From contig CAMQWP010000005.1 in the NCBI GenBank assembly GCA_947038565.1, positions 19,763 through 83,762 of the forward strand: DNA of 64,000 nucleotides, in the 5' to 3' direction. Below are positions 38,029-48,023 of the stretch, in pieces. The DNA comes from an uncultured Clostridia bacterium. Its GTDB lineage: Bacteria > Bacillota > Clostridia > Christensenellales > UBA3700. Position numbers and translations under genes: made by a program. Below the pieces are notes generated by a model. It had not been told where the DNA came from, ran no database searches, and saw nothing but the letters and a program-made list of their open reading frames with translations. Position 1 is the stretch's first letter. Each line of letters begins with the position of its first letter.

Positions 38029-40242
38029 ATGAGAGTAATCAAAAATAATAATAATGTAATATTTCATATAAATACACAAAATACAAGTTATGTATTTTGT
38101 GCGAATAAAATGAATGATATCCAACAATTGTATTATGGAAATAAGATAAATTATATGGATAGCTATGAAGCGTTTTTTGAAAAGAGAAATTTGCTTTTAG
38201 TGAGTTCGCTTTATAATGACATGGATATGACGTATGCATACGAGGATATGTGTTTTGAGATGTCGTGTCCGTACCGTGGTGACGGCAAGGATTCGTCAGT
38301 TAAGCTCGGTGGACGTAGTGTTGTGTATGACTTTAAATACGCTGAATACGCCGTAAATGAGCCCTGCATGTCGAGGAATATTGCACATAGTCACGGAAGC
38401 GATGAAAGCCTTGTGATTACACTAATAGATAAAACTTCTAATATAACATTAAAGCTATGGTATTTGGTATATACTGATAGTGATAGTATTGTTAAATATA
38501 CAGAATTAATCAATGACTCTGATAGAGAAATACTTATAAATAAATTAGCTAGTAGCCAGCTAGACATGAGAAACAACGATTATAAAATCATAACTTTTAA
38601 TGGTGCGTGGAGTAGGGAGCGATACAAAAGCGAGCAGTCTATAAACTATGGTAAGTATGTTTCTGAGAGCAACTCTGGTAACAGCGGTGCGAAACACAAT
38701 CCTTTTATAATGATAGCGAATGCAAAAGCCGATAATCATACTGGTGACTGCTACGCGTCTAATCTAGTGTACTCGGGCAGTTATGCAAACAGTATTGAGT
38801 TGTCACAGTACGGCGTGGTTAGGCTGATTTGCGGTATCAATGAGAGTAATTTTGCTTGGTATCTTGAGCGGGGTGATGTGTTTACGTCACCCGAGTGTGT
38901 GCTATCTTTTTCAACTAAAGGATATAATGGAATAAGTACAAACATGCACAAATTTACGTGCAACCATGTCATAAATGGTTATTGGGCAAACAAGCAAAAA
39001 CCAGTCCTTGTTAATAGCTGGGAAGCAATGTATTTTGATATTAATGAAGAGAAAATATTGACCTTAGCTGATAGTGCTGTCGATATCGGAGCAGAGTTAT
39101 TAGTTATAGACGATGGATGGTTTGGTGGTCGAAATGATGATACATCATCGCTTGGTGACTGGCGTGAGAGTGAGAGTAAGTTCCCAAAAGGACTTGCGGA
39201 TTTGTCTGATAAAGTACACGAGAAAGGCTTAATGTTTGGATTGTGGTTTGAGCCTGAAATGGTAAATGAGGATAGCGATTTATATAGAAATCACCCTGAC
39301 TGGGTATGGAAAAAAGACGGTATCACTAATATTGTTGGAAGAGGTCAGTATCTGCTAGATTTGACTAATCCAGAGGTGCAAAAATATCTTGTAGATACAT
39401 TATCTTCTGCTTTAATCAGATATGATATCGACTATGTTAAGTGGGATTTTAATAGGGAAATAAGTGATATTAGCTCTAGTCTATATCATGAAAGCGAATT
39501 ATTACATCGTTATATATTAGCTCTATATACAGTGCAGTCTAGGCTGATTGAAAAATGTCCTAAAGTGCTTTTTGAGTTTTGTGCTAGCGGAGGTAATCGC
39601 TATGATCTAGGCATGATGTGCTATAGTCCAGTCGGCTGGGTGTCTGATAATACTGATGTGTTGTCTAGAAGTCTGATACAAGAAGGCACGAGTTATGGCT
39701 ATCCACTAAGTAGTATGAGTAATCACATATGAGCGGTGCCAAATCATCAAACAACTAGGATTTCAAGGCTAGAAGACAGGTTTAATGTTGCTAGTTTTGG
39801 AGTGCTAGGTGTACAGCTTAATCCTGATACGCTAACAGTAGATGAAAAGCAAAAATTGAAAAGTTTTATAGCAAGTTATAAAAGTGAACGTTGCCTTCTG
39901 CAGTATGGAACATTTTATAGGCTTGAAGATGGCTTTAGTGATAATTATTGGAGTTGGATAACTGTAGATAGTGAGAAAAACATTGCAAAGTTGATCGTGG
40001 GGCTAAAGATATTTAAGCCTGTACAGGGTAGTAAGATAATTAAGCTAAAAGGCTTAGATGATAATAAGAATTATAGAATAAAATGTGATAGTATCGAGTT
40101 TTGCATATATGCAAGCGGAGAGACGTTGCGTAATTATGGCTTAATGTTACCACAAAATTATCAGGGCAATGAGCGACATAATAATGCAAGGTATATGGTT
40201 GATTTTAGTACTATCGTTTTTGATATCAAAGCCAAAGTATAG
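38029..40242 (+). pseudogene. GH36 alpha-galactosidase interrupted by one in-frame TGA (39730-39732)
   Basis: NSWEAMYF, IDDGWFG, GLWFEPEMV, VKWDFNR, CASGGNR, WVSDNTD; reads NHI*AVPNHQT and the frame continues to 40242; start 38029 follows TTGACT-N17-TAGTAT. Confidence 0.85.
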
Positions 40243-40413
40243 ACATTTATAATAAGTCGAATTAATTTATCTGAATCACTATAGCTATTTTGCTGTAGTG
40301 TTTTTGCATTATGTATGAATACAAATATAAATTAACAATCGAATACTCAAACAATAATTAAAAAGATAATGTAAATGTTTGTGTATGTAAATATTGCTAA
40401 TTGATAATATGTA

Positions 40414-40442
40414 TTGACATTTTACATGGCGAAGAGTATAAT
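40414..40442 (+). promoter_or_regulatory. Consensus sigma-A promoter of the GNAT gene
   Basis: TTGACA-N17-TATAAT exact match. Confidence 0.85.
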
Positions 40443-40473
40443 TAAGAAAATATATATTATAAAGTGGTGTAGT

Positions 40474-40938
40474 ATGGAAGGAAATAAATTGACAATTAGA
40501 CGTTTGGAAGTGCACGAATGGAGCACGATAACTCAGCTAAAAGTGACTGAAAAACAGAAGAATTATATAGAATCATCAGCGGAATGCTTGCATGATGCGG
40601 TAACAAATGCTTACAGAATAAAGTGGAATTTTTACGGTATTTATCTTGAAAATGTCCTTGTCGGATTTGCAATGCACGGCATTCAAAAGATATTATTCTG
40701 GAGTCAAACTTGGCTGGATAGGTTTATGATTGATGAGAAATATCAGGGTAAAGGGTATGGTAAAATGGCTTTAGAACTTGTAAAAAAGCAACTTCGAGAA
40801 GACTACGGACGTACAAAAATATATCTATCTGTACATAAGGAAAACCATCTCGCGATCAAAATGTATGAAAAATCATTGTTCAAAAAAACTGCATTTAAAG
40901 ACTCACATGGAGAGGTTGTTATGACCGTGAAACAGTAA
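40474..40938 (+). CDS. GNAT acetyltransferase (spermidine acetyltransferase/BltD-like)
   Basis: WLDRFMIDEKYQGKGYG, N..A...Y motifs; ATG 40474 lies downstream of the promoter. Confidence 0.88.
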   Translation: MEGNKLTIRRLEVHEWSTITQLKVTEKQKNYIESSAECLHDAVTNAYRIKWNFYGIYLENVLVGFAMHGIQKILFWSQTWLDRFMIDEKYQGKGYGKMALELVKKQLREDYGRTKIYLSVHKENHLAIKMYEKSLFKKTAFKDSHGEVVMTVKQ

Positions 40939-41317
40939 TTAAACATACATAATTTGCTATATTGTATGACGTTTTTTCTATATATATGATTTTGTTGCCT
41001 TGATTAGATGTAGGTTTTAGGACGGAAAAATCTCGCGATATAATGTAAATTTACTTAGGTATTCAACACGCTTAACAGTTATAATCAGTGGATAAAATAG
41101 CATTTATAATGTATATTTCTTGCATAATGTTAGGCTTGATTGCAAATATAGTCTCATTTTAGCTCGAAATTTTATAGATTTTATAGCATTTGAGTATGTG
41201 TAAATGAACAGGGTGTATAAATGGTGACAATTTTAGTGAGATTCTTAGGATAATTATGTAGTACTTAATGAGATTATTATTTATTTAGAGCTGTTTTGTT
41301 ATACTATTATAAATTAC

Positions 41318-41346
41318 TTGCTATTGATGGAAAATTAATGTATAAT
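41318..41346 (+). promoter_or_regulatory. Promoter P1 upstream of the polysaccharide locus
   Basis: TTGCTA-N17-TATAAT. Confidence 0.65.
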
Positions 41347-41385
41347 ATAGGCTCAATATAATACGTGTACACATACGCATTATTA

Positions 41386-41434
41386 AAGTATAGAGTTAAT
41401 GATTGTGCGTCCTGGTATTGCTGGTTGGGCACAA
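41386..41434 (+). pseudogene. Short remnant of a priming glycosyltransferase gene
   Basis: KYRVND(+1 nt)VRPGIAGWAQ versus KYGANDVRPGLTGWAQ in the intact gene at about 42283-42330. Confidence 0.65.
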
Positions 41435-41624
41435 TGTTAGGTATCTATAAGACATATTTAAGCAATTGATAATGCTAATATAAGACTAGAAAATATAATT
41501 TAAACTATTAGCCTATATGAAATTAAACATTTTGCTAGCCGATAGAGTATGTTTTTATTATATACTTAAGTGTAAATATTGAGGACATTATATAAATACC
41601 AGAGAGAAGATTGAGGGGATTTAC

Positions 41625-41653
41625 TTGCTTAATTATTTAATTAGGTGTATAAT
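41625..41653 (+). promoter_or_regulatory. Promoter P2 upstream of the polysaccharide locus
   Basis: TTGCTT-N17-TATAAT; shares TTACTTGCT and TGTATAATATAG with P1. Confidence 0.65.
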
Positions 41654-41898
41654 ATAGTTTAACAATAATTTAGACAATGCGTTTGAGTTGTGATAGTGAA
41701 ATGTATAAGTTAATCGGCAGACCTTATGCTACGCATTATCTATTGGAAGTGCTGAGATACATTTAGAGTTGATCTTGGTGTAGGTAGGGGCGATATTGTT
41801 TTTTTTGATCTAAATTCGCATTTTAGCGATAGTGGCAATGCTATTGATTATAATGCGTGTGTGTTTGTGATATTACTAGTTATGGAGGAATTGTTTGA

Positions 41899-42633
41899 AT
41901 GTATAAATCATTTTTTAAAAGAATTATAGACTTAATATTATCGTTTTTTGGTATATTGTTTTTATGTCCGATATTGCTTGTGTTTGCAATTATCATTAAA
42001 TCAACGTCTAAAGGCCCAGTGCTTTTCAAACAAGTGAGAGTGGGAAAAAAACAGAAACCTTTTACAATATATAAATTTAGGTCAATGCGTATTGATACGC
42101 CTGATATGCCTACTCATTTACTAGAGAATCCCGATTCATATATTACTAAAGTCGGTGCATTTATGAGAAAGACAAGTATAGATGAATTGCCTCAGTTGCT
42201 TAATATTTTTGCAGGTTCTATGGCTGTTATCGGCCCTCGTCCTGCACTATTTGCTCAAGAAGACTTGATCGCCGAGCGTGATAAATACGGTGCTAATGAT
42301 GTGCGTCCAGGTCTTACTGGCTGGGCACAGATTAACGGTCGAGATGAGCTAGCAATTGAAGTCAAGGCGAAATTTGATGGTGAGTATATCGAAAAGCTTT
42401 CTTTTGGTATGGATCTTAAATGCTTTTTTGGAACAATTATGCAAGTATTAAAAGGCGATGGTGTTGTCGAAGGTAAGTCAAATGATGATGCTCAAGATAT
42501 AGAAGTTGATGAATGTTTAAAAAATATAGAAATCAACAGTGAATTTAATAATGAAAATTGTGAGAATGATACATGTAATTACGAATTGCATGATGACAAA
42601 CAATCTACAGAAGAACATAATGATGCTATATAA
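41899..42633 (+). CDS. Priming (initiating) sugar-phosphate transferase
   Basis: KRIIDL, FKQVRVG, YKFRSM, IDELPQL, IGPRP, RPGLTGWAQINGR. Confidence 0.95.
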   Translation: MYKSFFKRIIDLILSFFGILFLCPILLVFAIIIKSTSKGPVLFKQVRVGKKQKPFTIYKFRSMRIDTPDMPTHLLENPDSYITKVGAFMRKTSIDELPQLLNIFAGSMAVIGPRPALFAQEDLIAERDKYGANDVRPGLTGWAQINGRDELAIEVKAKFDGEYIEKLSFGMDLKCFFGTIMQVLKGDGVVEGKSNDDAQDIEVDECLKNIEINSEFNNENCENDTCNYELHDDKQSTEEHNDAI

Positions 42634-42667
42634 TTAGCAATATTATAACTGTAATAAGGAGATTAAA

Positions 42668-43891
42668 ATGAAAATATTATATTTATCGTTGCCAGGAATG
42701 AAATCTTTTAAGGATCGAAATATTTATTGTGATTTATTGCGAGAACTGATCGAAAAAGGACATGAAGTGTATTCTATAGTTGGTGATGGGGGCTATAATG
42801 AGTCTGGGGATTTTAGTCATACAACTACATCTCTAGGAAGTGAGATATTACACATTAATGTAGGTAGAGTAGTCAAAGCCAAAAATTTGTTAAAAAAAGG
42901 TATGGATATTCTTACTTTAGAAAGGAAGTTCAAAAAAGCTATAAAAATAAACTGTAAAGATAAAAGTTTTGATTTAGTGCTTTATTCAGCCCCACCAATT
43001 ACTTTAGCAGGTGCTGTTAAGTATGCTAAAAAGAAGTTTAACGCAAAGTCTTATCTTATGCTTAAAGATATTTTCCCTCAAAATGCAGTAGACTTAGGTA
43101 TGATGAGCAAGACGGGCATTATGGGCATTGTATACAAAATGTTTAGACGCAAGGAAAAGAAACTATATAATATTTCTGATACTATCGGTTGCATGAGCAA
43201 AATGAATGTTGAATACATCTTGAGTCATAACAAGTACGTTGATGAGAGTAGGGTTGAGATTTTTCCAAATGCGTTGTACAACTCTAGTGAAATAGTAACA
43301 GTAGATAAGGATGCTATTTTTGAAAAATACAATATACCTCAAGACAAAATAATATTTATCTATGGTGGTAATCTAGGTAAGCCACAAGGCTTAGATTTTT
43401 TAGTAGATGGTATAAAGGCTTGTGAGAGTATTGATAATATTTGCTTTATAGTTGTTGGCGATGGAAGTGAACGTGAAAGAGTTTTCGCAGCATTAGATGG
43501 GGTTAAGAATGTAATATGTATGCAGGAAATGCCTGCGTCCGACTATAATAATATGTGTGCTAGCTGTGATGTTGGTATGATTATGTTGGACAAGCGTTCA
43601 ACTATCCCTAATTATCCATCTAGGACATTATCATACATGCATAATGCGATGCCAATGATGGCTTGTACTGATGTTAATACTGATATTAGAAATTTAATAG
43701 AAGACGATGCGAAGTGTGGAAAGTGGTGTCACTCTGATAATGCAGAAGATTTTGTAGATACAATAAGATGGTTTGTGTCTAATAAAGACAATTTCGATGA
43801 AATGGGTCAGAATGCAAAAAAATATCTAATAGAGAATTTCGATACAAAAATATGCGTGCAAAAGATAGAGAGATTGGTAACGAATAAATAA
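42668..43891 (+). CDS. GT4 glycosyltransferase (WbuB-like, probable L-FucNAc transferase)
   Basis: KDIFPQNAVDLG, YGGNLGKPQG, PNYPSR; adjacent to fnlABC. Confidence 0.85.
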   Translation: MKILYLSLPGMKSFKDRNIYCDLLRELIEKGHEVYSIVGDGGYNESGDFSHTTTSLGSEILHINVGRVVKAKNLLKKGMDILTLERKFKKAIKINCKDKSFDLVLYSAPPITLAGAVKYAKKKFNAKSYLMLKDIFPQNAVDLGMMSKTGIMGIVYKMFRRKEKKLYNISDTIGCMSKMNVEYILSHNKYVDESRVEIFPNALYNSSEIVTVDKDAIFEKYNIPQDKIIFIYGGNLGKPQGLDFLVDGIKACESIDNICFIVVGDGSERERVFAALDGVKNVICMQEMPASDYNNMCASCDVGMIMLDKRSTIPNYPSRTLSYMHNAMPMMACTDVNTDIRNLIEDDAKCGKWCHSDNAEDFVDTIRWFVSNKDNFDEMGQNAKKYLIENFDTKICVQKIERLVTNK

Positions 43892-43937
43892 CGCAATGTG
43901 TGTGCATTAAGATTTATAAATTAAGGAGAAAGAATAA

Positions 43938-44993
43938 ATGAGTATTTTTAAGGGTAAAACATTAATGATAACTGGTGGTACTGGTAGCTTTGGTAACGCT
44001 GTGCTTGATAGGTTTTTAGCAACCGATATTGCTGAGATTAGAATATTCTCTCGTGATGAGAAAAAACAAGACGACATGCGTCATAAGTATCAGTCAATAA
44101 TGCCTGAGGCGAGCAATAAAATTAAGTTTTATATTGGTGATGTTAGAGATAAAGAAAGTGTTCAGAATGCTATGCACGGAGTCGATTATATTTTTCATGC
44201 GGCAGCACTAAAGCAAGTTCCATCTTGTGAATTTTTCCCAATAGAGGCTGTAAAGACAAATGTTATCGGCACTGAGAATGTGCTTAATGTTGCAATAGCC
44301 GAGGGTGTAAAAAAGGTTATATGTCTATCTACTGATAAGGCAGCGTATCCTGTAAATGCTATGGGTACTTCAAAGGCTATGATGGAGAAAGTTATAGTTG
44401 CTAAGTCAAGGACGGTTAGCCCTGATAAGACTACTATTTGTTGCACAAGATACGGTAACGTTATGTGCTCTCGTGGCAGTGTTATCCCACTATTTATTGA
44501 CCAAATTATAGCAGGTAAAGATTTGACTGTAACAGCAAGCGAGATGACAAGATTTATTATGAGTCTTGATGAAGCTGTAGATCTAGTGCTATTTGCTTTC
44601 GAGAAGGGCAATAGTGGTGATATTCTAGTACAGAAAGCACCAGCTTGTACAATTGGCGTGCTTACTGATGCTGTTAAAAAACTATTTGACAAAGATGACA
44701 ATAGCAAAGTTAAAGTAATCGGAATCCGTCATGGAGAGAAAATGTATGAGACATTACTTACTAACGAAGAGTGTGCGAATGCTTTAGATTTAGGTGACTT
44801 CTACAGAGTTCCATGCGATAAGCGTGACCTTAATTATGATAAGTTCTTTAATGACGGCGATAAGGAAAGAAACACTTTGACAGAGTTTAACTCTAATAAC
44901 ACGGAGCTTTTAGGTCTTGACGAAGTTGTTGAGAAAATATATAGCTTAGATTATATTAAAAATCGCATGAAAAAATTGGGGATATCAAAATGA
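43938..44993 (+). CDS. fnlA: UDP-GlcNAc 4,6-dehydratase/epimerase (FnlA/CapE/WbjB)
   Basis: TGGTGSFG, SRDEKKQ, AALKQVPSCEF, STDKA, RYGNV, GIRHGEK. Confidence 0.92.
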   Translation: MSIFKGKTLMITGGTGSFGNAVLDRFLATDIAEIRIFSRDEKKQDDMRHKYQSIMPEASNKIKFYIGDVRDKESVQNAMHGVDYIFHAAALKQVPSCEFFPIEAVKTNVIGTENVLNVAIAEGVKKVICLSTDKAAYPVNAMGTSKAMMEKVIVAKSRTVSPDKTTICCTRYGNVMCSRGSVIPLFIDQIIAGKDLTVTASEMTRFIMSLDEAVDLVLFAFEKGNSGDILVQKAPACTIGVLTDAVKKLFDKDDNSKVKVIGIRHGEKMYETLLTNEECANALDLGDFYRVPCDKRDLNYDKFFNDGDKERNTLTEFNSNNTELLGLDEVVEKIYSLDYIKNRMKKLGISK

Positions 44994-46132
44994 AGATATT
45001 AGTAACTGGCGCAAAAGGTTTTGTAGGAAAGAATATAGTTGCAGAGCTTAATAATGTGAAAGAAAACAAAACAAAGATTTATCCGTTTTTAACTGATGTG
45101 ACTATTTTTGAGTGCGATATTGATACTACAAGCGATGAACTTAAAAGTTTCACTAAAGAATGTGATTTCGTATTGCATTTAGCAGGAGTTAATCGTCCAG
45201 AAACCACTGACGAATTTATGGAAGGGAATTTTGGTTTTACTACCATTTTGTTGGACAACCTAAGAGAATTTAATAATAATGCTAGTATTCTAATGAGTAG
45301 CTCTATTCAAGCTGCACTAGATAATGATTACGGTAACTCAAAGCGTGCAGGTGAAGATTATTTAAGGCAGTATGGCATAGATAATTCTGTGAAAACATTT
45401 ATCTTTAGATTGCCTAATGTCTTTGGTAAATGGTGTAGACCTAACTATAACAGTGCTGTCGCAACTTTTTGCAATAATGTCGCAAATGACTTGCCTATCA
45501 CCGTTAATAGTCGAGAGTATGAAATGACTTTAGTTTATATAGACGATGTCGTTAATGCCTTTTTGAATGCTATCAATAATGATGTGATAATGAGTGATGA
45601 GTTTTGTAAAGTGCCAGTAGAACATACTGCTACTCTAGGATTTATTGCAGATAGTTTACATATGTTTAAGGATAGTCGTGAGAGCTTAGATATCCCTAAT
45701 ATGTCCGACCCTTTTGTTAAAAAATTGTATAGTACATATTTAAGTTATTTGCCTACAGATAAGTTCAGCTATCCACTAAAATCGCATTGTGATGCGAGGG
45801 GGTCTTTTACAGAGTTCTTGCACACTATTAATAATGGTCAGGTTAGCATAAATGTGTCTAAGCCACATATTATCAAAGGTCAACACTGGCATCATACAAA
45901 AAACGAAAAGTTTTTAGTAGTCAGTGGTAACGGTGTAATTAGATTTAGAGATATAAATAGCACTGATATTATTGAAGTATTTGTCAGTGGGGACAAGCTA
46001 GAGGTAGTAGATATCCCGACTGGATATACGCATAATATAGAGAATTTGGGCAATGCTGATATGGTAACAGTAATGTGGTGTAATGAGATATTTGATCCGA
46101 GCAAGCCAGACACGTATTTTGAAGAGGTGTAG
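44990..46132 (+). CDS. fnlB: FnlB/CapF/WbjC reductase with C-terminal cupin
   Basis: TGAKGFVG, HLAGVNRP, GKWCRPNYNS, KGQHWHHTKNEKF. Confidence 0.92.
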   Translation: MKILVTGAKGFVGKNIVAELNNVKENKTKIYPFLTDVTIFECDIDTTSDELKSFTKECDFVLHLAGVNRPETTDEFMEGNFGFTTILLDNLREFNNNASILMSSSIQAALDNDYGNSKRAGEDYLRQYGIDNSVKTFIFRLPNVFGKWCRPNYNSAVATFCNNVANDLPITVNSREYEMTLVYIDDVVNAFLNAINNDVIMSDEFCKVPVEHTATLGFIADSLHMFKDSRESLDIPNMSDPFVKKLYSTYLSYLPTDKFSYPLKSHCDARGSFTEFLHTINNGQVSINVSKPHIIKGQHWHHTKNEKFLVVSGNGVIRFRDINSTDIIEVFVSGDKLEVVDIPTGYTHNIENLGNADMVTVMWCNEIFDPSKPDTYFEEV

Positions 46133-46133
46133 T

Positions 46134-47264
46134 ATGAAAAATAGCAAGATGAAAGTGATGACAATACTTGGCACAAGACCTGAGATAATTAGGTTGAGTG
46201 CAGTAATTAAAGCATGTGATAAGTATTTTGACCATGTTCTAGTGCATACAGGTCAGAATTGGGACTATACTCTTAATGAGGTATTCTTTAATGATTTAGA
46301 ATTGCGTCAACCTGACTATTTCCTATCAAGTGTTGGTGGGAGCTTAGGTGAGACAATGGGTAATATTATCGCTAAATCTTATGAAGCGATAGAGAAAGAA
46401 AAGCCTGATGCAGTAATTATCTTAGGCGATACTAACTCTGCTTTATCTGCAATAAGTGCTAAGAGATTAAAAGTGCCTATCTTCCATATGGAAGCAGGTA
46501 ATAGGTGTTGGGACTGGAATGTTAGCGAGATGATTAACCGTAAGGTTGTTGACGCTATATCAGATATTAATATGCCTTATACTGAGCACAGCCGTAGATA
46601 TTTGCTTGAGGAAGGAATAGATGGTAAGACTATATTCGTGACAGGTAGCCCTATGCGTGAAGTATTAGGTACTTACGAGGATAAAATTAATAATAGTAAT
46701 GTTCTTAGCGAGTTAAAATTACAAGAAGGTAAATACATATTGTTATCATCTCATCGTGAAGAAAATATCGACAATGAAGATAACTTTATGAGTATTATGA
46801 CAGCTGTAAATAATATAGCTGAGAAGTACCAGATGCCAGTGATATACTCTACTCATCCAAGGAGTGCGAACATCATTGCTAAGCGTGGGTTTGTGTTTAA
46901 TCCATTAGTTAAGAGCTTAAAGCCGTTCGGTTTCTTTGATTATAACAAGTTGCAAAAGAATGCTTATTGCGTGCTGTCAGATAGTGGAACACTTAGTGAG
47001 GAGTCGGCAATGCTTGACTTCCCTGCAGTGCTTATTAGGACTTCTACCGAGCGACCTGAAGTATTGGATAAAGGCAGTGTCGTAGTAGGTGGCATAACTG
47101 AAAAGGATATCTGTCAAGCAATGGATATGGCAGTTAGTATGAAAGATAACAACGAACCATATGTAATGGCTGAAGATTATGCTGATACTAATGTATCATT
47201 AAAAGTCGTAAAAATAGTTCAGTCATATGCTAAAATAGTGAACATTACAACTTGGAGAAAATAA
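46134..47264 (+). CDS. fnlC: UDP-N-acetylhexosamine 2-epimerase (FnlC/CapG/WbjD)
   Basis: GTRPEIIRLS, HTGQN, GDTNS, HMEAGNR, SDSGT, TERPE; ATG 46134 behind GAGGTG. Confidence 0.92.
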   Translation: MKNSKMKVMTILGTRPEIIRLSAVIKACDKYFDHVLVHTGQNWDYTLNEVFFNDLELRQPDYFLSSVGGSLGETMGNIIAKSYEAIEKEKPDAVIILGDTNSALSAISAKRLKVPIFHMEAGNRCWDWNVSEMINRKVVDAISDINMPYTEHSRRYLLEEGIDGKTIFVTGSPMREVLGTYEDKINNSNVLSELKLQEGKYILLSSHREENIDNEDNFMSIMTAVNNIAEKYQMPVIYSTHPRSANIIAKRGFVFNPLVKSLKPFGFFDYNKLQKNAYCVLSDSGTLSEESAMLDFPAVLIRTSTERPEVLDKGSVVVGGITEKDICQAMDMAVSMKDNNEPYVMAEDYADTNVSLKVVKIVQSYAKIVNITTWRK

Positions 47265-47330
47265 CCAGGTTGCAATTTATAATTAAAGGTATTCTAGAAG
47301 CCATAATTATTCTGGAAAAGTAGGTATAAG

Positions 47331-48023
47331 ATGAAATTGAATCATAATGGGACTGTGATAAAATATAATAGAAAGATATTGGTTATAAATAATAAACCGT
47401 TAAATAAAGAAGTTTGTCTTGAAAATCTGACTTTATTAAATGATTTTTGCAAGAATAATAATCTAGATTATTTCTTGACATTTGGATCACTACTCGGTGC
47501 TATTAGAGAAAATGATTTTATTGAACATGATGAAGATATTGATGTTGGAATGTTTGTAGATAGTTATGATAAATTGTTTTTGCATTATGATGAGTTAAAG
47601 TCAATGGGCTTTGAAATTATAAGATATGATGAGACAGGATTGGTATCGATTATGCGTAAAGGTTATTATATTGATATCTGTAGTAATATAAGAAGGGAAA
47701 ATTACTACTCTAGTTGTGATATGGCATTCTATCCATTAGAAATGATAGAAAATACGGTTGATTATGATTTTTTAGGCATTACAACTCGTATTCCGTCTAT
47801 GGCGAAAGAGATGCTTAAATATGAATATGGTGACAATTGGATGACTCCTATTGTTTATAAAAATTCAAAATCTAACATAATTTCCCAGTATATAAGAGCT
47901 TGGACTAAACGATTTATTCCAAAAAAATTAAGAGCTAAAATTACTATACGATTAAGGAAATCTTCAGTCGACATGTATATGAAACGAATAAAGGAATATG
48001 AAAATGAAAGTATTGATAATTGA
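47331..48023 (+). CDS. LicD family phosphotransferase
   Basis: FGSLLGAIR..DFIEHDEDIDVG, YGDNWMTP. Confidence 0.88.
   Translation: MKLNHNGTVIKYNRKILVINNKPLNKEVCLENLTLLNDFCKNNNLDYFLTFGSLLGAIRENDFIEHDEDIDVGMFVDSYDKLFLHYDELKSMGFEIIRYDETGLVSIMRKGYYIDICSNIRRENYYSSCDMAFYPLEMIENTVDYDFLGITTRIPSMAKEMLKYEYGDNWMTPIVYKNSKSNIISQYIRAWTKRFIPKKLRAKITIRLRKSSVDMYMKRIKEYENESIDN

Noticed and set aside
39730-39732. TGA read as Trp, Gly or Sec (alternative genetic code)
   Set aside because: TGA ends several intact genes here (e.g. 11632, 21547, 33222), Trp is encoded by TGG, and the aligned residue is Ser.
40414-40473. TTG start of the GNAT ORF in the track
   Set aside because: That TTG is the -35 box of a perfect promoter; ATG 40474 is the plausible start.
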